From contig JBHLMQ010000003.1 of NCBI GenBank assembly GCA_048938005.1, positions 64,001 to 128,000 of the forward strand: 64,000 bases of DNA, in the 5' to 3' direction. Source of the DNA: Promethearchaeota archaeon. GTDB taxonomy: Archaea; Asgardarchaeota; Lokiarchaeia; Sigyniarchaeales; SOKP01. Position 1 is the first letter of the stretch, and every line of letters begins with the position of its first letter. The translations under genes and the position numbers were made by a program. The notes below the pieces were generated by a model. The model searched no databases. It saw only the letters and a program-made list of their open reading frames with translations, and was not told the DNA's origin. This document shows positions 60,272 to 64,000 of the stretch, one piece after another.

Positions 60272-60964
60272 TTAAATAGGTAATATCGAAGTGTCTGAAA
60301 TTTCTTTATCAACTGGAGCTTCTCCATCTCCATATATATGATACAACACAGTTCTTCTAGCAATCTCATAAAAACTACGATATATATCTTTTTCTTGATC
60401 GTATAATGCACAAGTTTTGTAAATTAATGGATTCCAAATAAATAAATTATGTTTAGGCTCATACCAAAGTTTTTCCTTTTTCAATATTTGAATAAAATTG
60501 TCATCATTAATTACATTTTTGAGATCTTGCTTATTCAACATAATAATAAATGGAATCTCTTTAATGAGTCTATTATTTGTTATGTTTTTTAATTCTAATA
60601 GAAATTCAATATTATCTTCAAAAAATTTTGTTTGAGAATCTACTACAAAAATTACGGCATCAGTTTGGGCATCAAGACTATTGAAGACTTTAATTCTTAA
60701 TGGAGTGAATGTTTTTTGACCTGCAACTGTATATACTCTATAATATATTTTTTTCTTCTTTGTCGATTGGAAAATACCTCTATCAAAATAAAGTGTAGCA
60801 CCACTTGCTCTATCTATTTTTTGTAACTCCCCAACAGGAACAATTTCTCTTTTACTGTCTTTTGTTAGTTTATAAAGAGTTTCCAATATGGTAGTCTTTC
60901 CGGATCCTGCCATGCCATAGTACACAATCTTCAGGTAGATATTACCGTTTTTGTATTGAACCAT
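60272..60964 (-). CDS. MglA-like small GTPase
   Basis: KIVYYGMAGSGKTT, TLYFD, YTVAGQ, FVVDSQ, NKQD, TCA. Confidence 0.88.
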   Translation of the reverse strand: MVQYKNGNIYLKIVYYGMAGSGKTTILETLYKLTKDSKREIVPVGELQKIDRASGATLYFDRGIFQSTKKKKIYYRVYTVAGQKTFTPLRIKVFNSLDAQTDAVIFVVDSQTKFFEDNIEFLLELKNITNNRLIKEIPFIIMLNKQDLKNVINDDNFIQILKKEKLWYEPKHNLFIWNPLIYKTCALYDQEKDIYRSFYEIARRTVLYHIYGDGEAPVDKEISDTSILPI

Positions 60965-61262
60965 CAGAAACCACCATGTTATATAAGGAAATGTATTGAT
61001 TTTATAGAATAATTAACATTTATTAGATTTTTTGTTTCTCTTATCATATTTCTTTAAGGAATTCTTTAAAAAATATTTTTTCAATTCGCGTTTAATTTCA
61101 AAACTCTAATAATTATAATTGGATTAAATATAAAAAATTACAAAATTAAAGATTTTGCTTTGTAAAATTATTTTTATAAATACAATAATTTTTTTACTAT
61201 GAATTATGATTCTCTCATAGAAACAGAAAATATCAAATAATAAGCGATAAACAAACGAAATC

Positions 61263-61781
61263 ATGGATGAATATACAGACTCAAACTGGAATTGGGATTT
61301 TTATAAAGAACTTGTAGATGACGTAGATGAAAATAAAAACATAATTCAATGTATATCTTGCGGGAAATGTGTTGGAGATTGTCCTGCCAAAAAAATCTCC
61401 AATTTTAATATAAGAAAAATAATTAGAAAAGTTCTTCGAGGAGATAAGAGCGTTTTAAAAGATTCTGATATCTGGTATTGTTATCTGTGTGAACGCTGTA
61501 AACGTGTGTGTCCAAAAGATAATATCAATATCCCCTTATTAATTATAAATTTAAGAAATGAAAGTTTTAAAAAAGGTTTTGGACCTCGTTATAATGATTT
61601 AAGAAAATATGTTGAAATGTCCGAAAGATTTTTAACTAACGGTACTGTATTGGAAGATCCTTTAGATGGAGGTTTACCACGAGAACGTATGAAAGAATTA
61701 AATGAAATTTGCAATTTTGCAAGAATAAAATATGTATTTAAAGCAAGTAAACATAAAAAAAAAAATAAAAAGAATAAATAG
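61263..61781 (+). CDS. hdrC: HdrC-like 2x[4Fe-4S] subunit
   Basis: CISCGKCVGDCP, IWYCYLCERCKRVCP. Confidence 0.8.
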   Translation: MDEYTDSNWNWDFYKELVDDVDENKNIIQCISCGKCVGDCPAKKISNFNIRKIIRKVLRGDKSVLKDSDIWYCYLCERCKRVCPKDNINIPLLIINLRNESFKKGFGPRYNDLRKYVEMSERFLTNGTVLEDPLDGGLPRERMKELNEICNFARIKYVFKASKHKKKNKKNK

Positions 61782-61818
61782 CAATAAATACCAACCAATT
61801 TACGTAAATTAAATAATA

Positions 61819-62832
61819 ATGGATGGTCAAAATTTAGTTTTAGATTTAGAAAAAATTGAGAAAGAATACCCTGAAAATCCTTTAGAATTTTTTAGGGGTA
61901 AAAGATTGTGTTTATTTAAAGCTTGTTTAGAGAAATATTTTCCCGGAGTCAGATGGGGCATTCAAGAATTATTAGAAGATTTAGATTTAGAAGTTACTAC
62001 TTGTAAGAATCAATCCTGTTGTAGTGGAACGTTTTTTCAACGAAATTTAATTACAAGAGCGCAATTTGTAGCTATTAATGAAAGAAATCTTAACGAAATG
62101 AATCGACAGGCAGATATTGTTTTGTTTAGTTGCAATGGATGTTATAATTCCATTTTGAGAGGTCGAGATTTTTTAAAAATCCCAGAAATAATTAAAAAAA
62201 CACAAGCTATTTTAAATAGTTTAAAAAATAAAGAGTTTGGGGAAAATTATCCTGGAAAATATGACATTTTAGATAATCCAAAAATTAAAGTCATACACGA
62301 CTTAGACTTTTTATATTTAATAAGGAATGATGTTCTTAATTCTTTAAAATTTGATTTAAAGGGCCTTAAAGTAGCTGCCCACTATGGCTGTCATTATTTA
62401 AATTTGGAGAGAGATAAAAAAACAGCTGAAAGTTACTTAAGGGATAAAACCAAGTTAGATGATTTTATATCGCTATTTGGTGGCATTCCTGTAGAATATC
62501 AAGAAAAAGAAGAATGTTGTGGATGGGGTGCATCTCAAGTTGTACTACATCCAAATGAAGCTTTAAAAGGTACATATAAAAAACTTAAAAGTGCTGAAAA
62601 TGCTGGAGCAGATTTTTTATTAATGCCTTGTCCAACTTGCTTATATACACTTAGTAAACCGGAATTTAGGAATGAGATAAATGTTTTATTTGGCGAAAAG
62701 ATGGATATTCCAACTATTCACCTGAATGAGTTAATAGCTATATTACGAGGCTGCGAAGAAGAACGATGTATTACTCTTAGACGAAAAACTCCTCGCATTG
62801 ATGAGATTTTTGAAATCATAACTAAGGAATAG
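61819..62832 (+). CDS. hdrB: HdrB-like CCG-domain protein
   Basis: SCCSG, CNGCY, HYGCH, CCGWG, CPTC. Confidence 0.85.
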   Translation: MDGQNLVLDLEKIEKEYPENPLEFFRGKRLCLFKACLEKYFPGVRWGIQELLEDLDLEVTTCKNQSCCSGTFFQRNLITRAQFVAINERNLNEMNRQADIVLFSCNGCYNSILRGRDFLKIPEIIKKTQAILNSLKNKEFGENYPGKYDILDNPKIKVIHDLDFLYLIRNDVLNSLKFDLKGLKVAAHYGCHYLNLERDKKTAESYLRDKTKLDDFISLFGGIPVEYQEKEECCGWGASQVVLHPNEALKGTYKKLKSAENAGADFLLMPCPTCLYTLSKPEFRNEINVLFGEKMDIPTIHLNELIAILRGCEEERCITLRRKTPRIDEIFEIITKE

Positions 62833-62871
62833 AAAAAATATGAAATTTCATATTTTAAAACTATAGTTATA

Positions 62872-63267
62872 TTACATTTCTTCAATCGCAAATCTCGGGC
62901 AACTATTTACGCATAAAAAACAACCAATACATTTCTCGTATGAAAATTCTAACCTTTCTTCTTCATTGAAATGCAGAGCATCAGTTGGACATAAAGAAAG
63001 GCATGCTCCACAATCAATACATTTTTCAATTTCAACCATTACTCGGCCTTTCTTATTTACAATTATATTACTTTCAGTAAGTGATTCCGTAATAGTTTTT
63101 ACCTTTTCTTCTGGTATATCTAATAATAAGTTTATTCCTGCTAAACCGGTTGAAAATTTTAAAATGTTAAAAGTAATATTATATTTTAGAATCTGATTGA
63201 CAATTTTCGAATAATCACCAATATCTTTTACTAAACCAAAAGGGATTGAAACGTTTATTATAGTCAT
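62872..63267 (-). CDS. NIL-domain ferredoxin (MA1822-like homocysteine-synthesis partner)
   Basis: FNILK NIL motif; CIDCGACLSLCP, CIGCFLCVNSCP. Confidence 0.8.
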   Translation of the reverse strand: MTIINVSIPFGLVKDIGDYSKIVNQILKYNITFNILKFSTGLAGINLLLDIPEEKVKTITESLTESNIIVNKKGRVMVEIEKCIDCGACLSLCPTDALHFNEEERLEFSYEKCIGCFLCVNSCPRFAIEEM

Positions 63268-63270
63268 TTC

Positions 63271-64000
63271 TTAGATCATCTCCTCACTAGAAATTAAACC
63301 CACAACCTTATTATTCTCATCAATAACTGGTAGGGCAGAAATATCATATTCTTTCATTTTTCTGGCAGCATTACTGATTGGTTCATCATCATATGTAGTA
63401 ATTACGCGTTTAGTAATAATAGATTTTAATTCATGTTTATCTTCAGCAATAGCTTTTGTAATATCGAAACTTGTAACAATCCCTTTTAAATTATTTTCTT
63501 TATCAATAATAACTACATGGTTAATGTTTTCATTTATGATCTTTCGAGCAACAGTCTTAATGTCGCAATCTTCATAACATATCTCTGCTTTCTTTTTCAA
63601 ATCTTTTACGAATTTTAACTCTGTCGTTTGTTTCATTGGTTTAAAGATTGTATCCGCAGGCAACGTCTCTGCGGGGTGGTTTAGGTAAAATTTTCCTTCT
63701 TGTATCCACTTTTTAAGAGTTTCAGCGATTTTACGAGCATAGAATAGGGAAGATAGCGAAGAACATTTTAATTTTTTGCCATTTAGTTCGATAAATCCAC
63801 TTTTTAACTCCTTATAATTTACTTGTTTAAGAATTGGTCTGTTTCTTCTTGGCACTCCATAATCCACAACGTCAGTTAAAATATCTTCATCTCTAATAGC
63901 AGTTTTTTTAGCTAAATCTTCATTTAAAATTGGAATTGGGATTCCAACACCTACAAACATTGATGTTCCATACTTTTCATAGGTTACACCACGTAAAAAT
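63271..64000 (-). CDS. DUF39 + CBS protein (MJ0100/MA1821-like aspartate-semialdehyde sulfurtransferase), 5' part outside window
   Basis: YGTSMFVGVGIPIPILNE, DYG.P.R.RP, SLSS...A, two CBS domains; adjacent to NIL-ferredoxin. Confidence 0.85.
   Translation of the reverse strand, partial: FLRGVTYEKYGTSMFVGVGIPIPILNEDLAKKTAIRDEDILTDVVDYGVPRRNRPILKQVNYKELKSGFIELNGKKLKCSSLSSLFYARKIAETLKKWIQEGKFYLNHPAETLPADTIFKPMKQTTELKFVKDLKKKAEICYEDCDIKTVARKIINENINHVVIIDKENNLKGIVTSFDITKAIAEDKHELKSIITKRVITTYDDEPISNAARKMKEYDISALPVIDENNKVVGLISSEEMI

Noticed and set aside
1-64000. Selenocysteine (UGA) recoding in redox genes (redoxin, Hdr, ferredoxins)
   Set aside because: Catalytic positions are Cys codons; the TGA-ending ORFs I inspected show no convincing continuation; no SECIS recognised
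1-64000. tRNA/rRNA, transposases, integrases, defence systems
   Set aside because: No GC-rich structured RNA segments or recognisable motifs seen; the JAMM proteins lack adjacent E1/E2/CD-NTase genes, so not CBASS-like

Overview
AT-rich, gene-dense archaeal chromosome segment, most consistent with an Asgard archaeon of the Lokiarchaeia type. This is an inference from low GC, GGTGA/GAGG Shine-Dalgarno sites, frequent TTG/GTG starts, and Rpn11-like JAMM, Roadblock, longin-like and MglA-like GTPase genes. It carries mostly metabolic and housekeeping genes: thiolase, ADP-forming acyl-CoA ligase, dUTPase, gatC, AOR, SufC/SufB-like and IscS/IscU-like Fe-S systems, a CopA locus, cysteine synthase, HisJ, HdrC/HdrB-like and DUF39-CBS/NIL-ferredoxin. 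I recognised no rRNA, tRNA, CRISPR array or transposase. Highlights: (1) a cluster of three catalytically intact Rpn11/CSN5-like JAMM proteins with long helical tails, an unannotated tail-anchored microprotein, a zinc-ribbon protein and an AAA-vWA gene; (2) an unannotated 41-aa hyperacidic microprotein with repeated EEEDW motifs; (3) a longin/uDENN-like + 7TM + MglA-like GTPase neighbourhood; (4) genes that appear to need near-cognate (ATT/ACG) starts; (5) an internal ribosome-binding site in copA that could yield a separate Cys/His peptide. All calls are motif-based by eye; no database searches were run.
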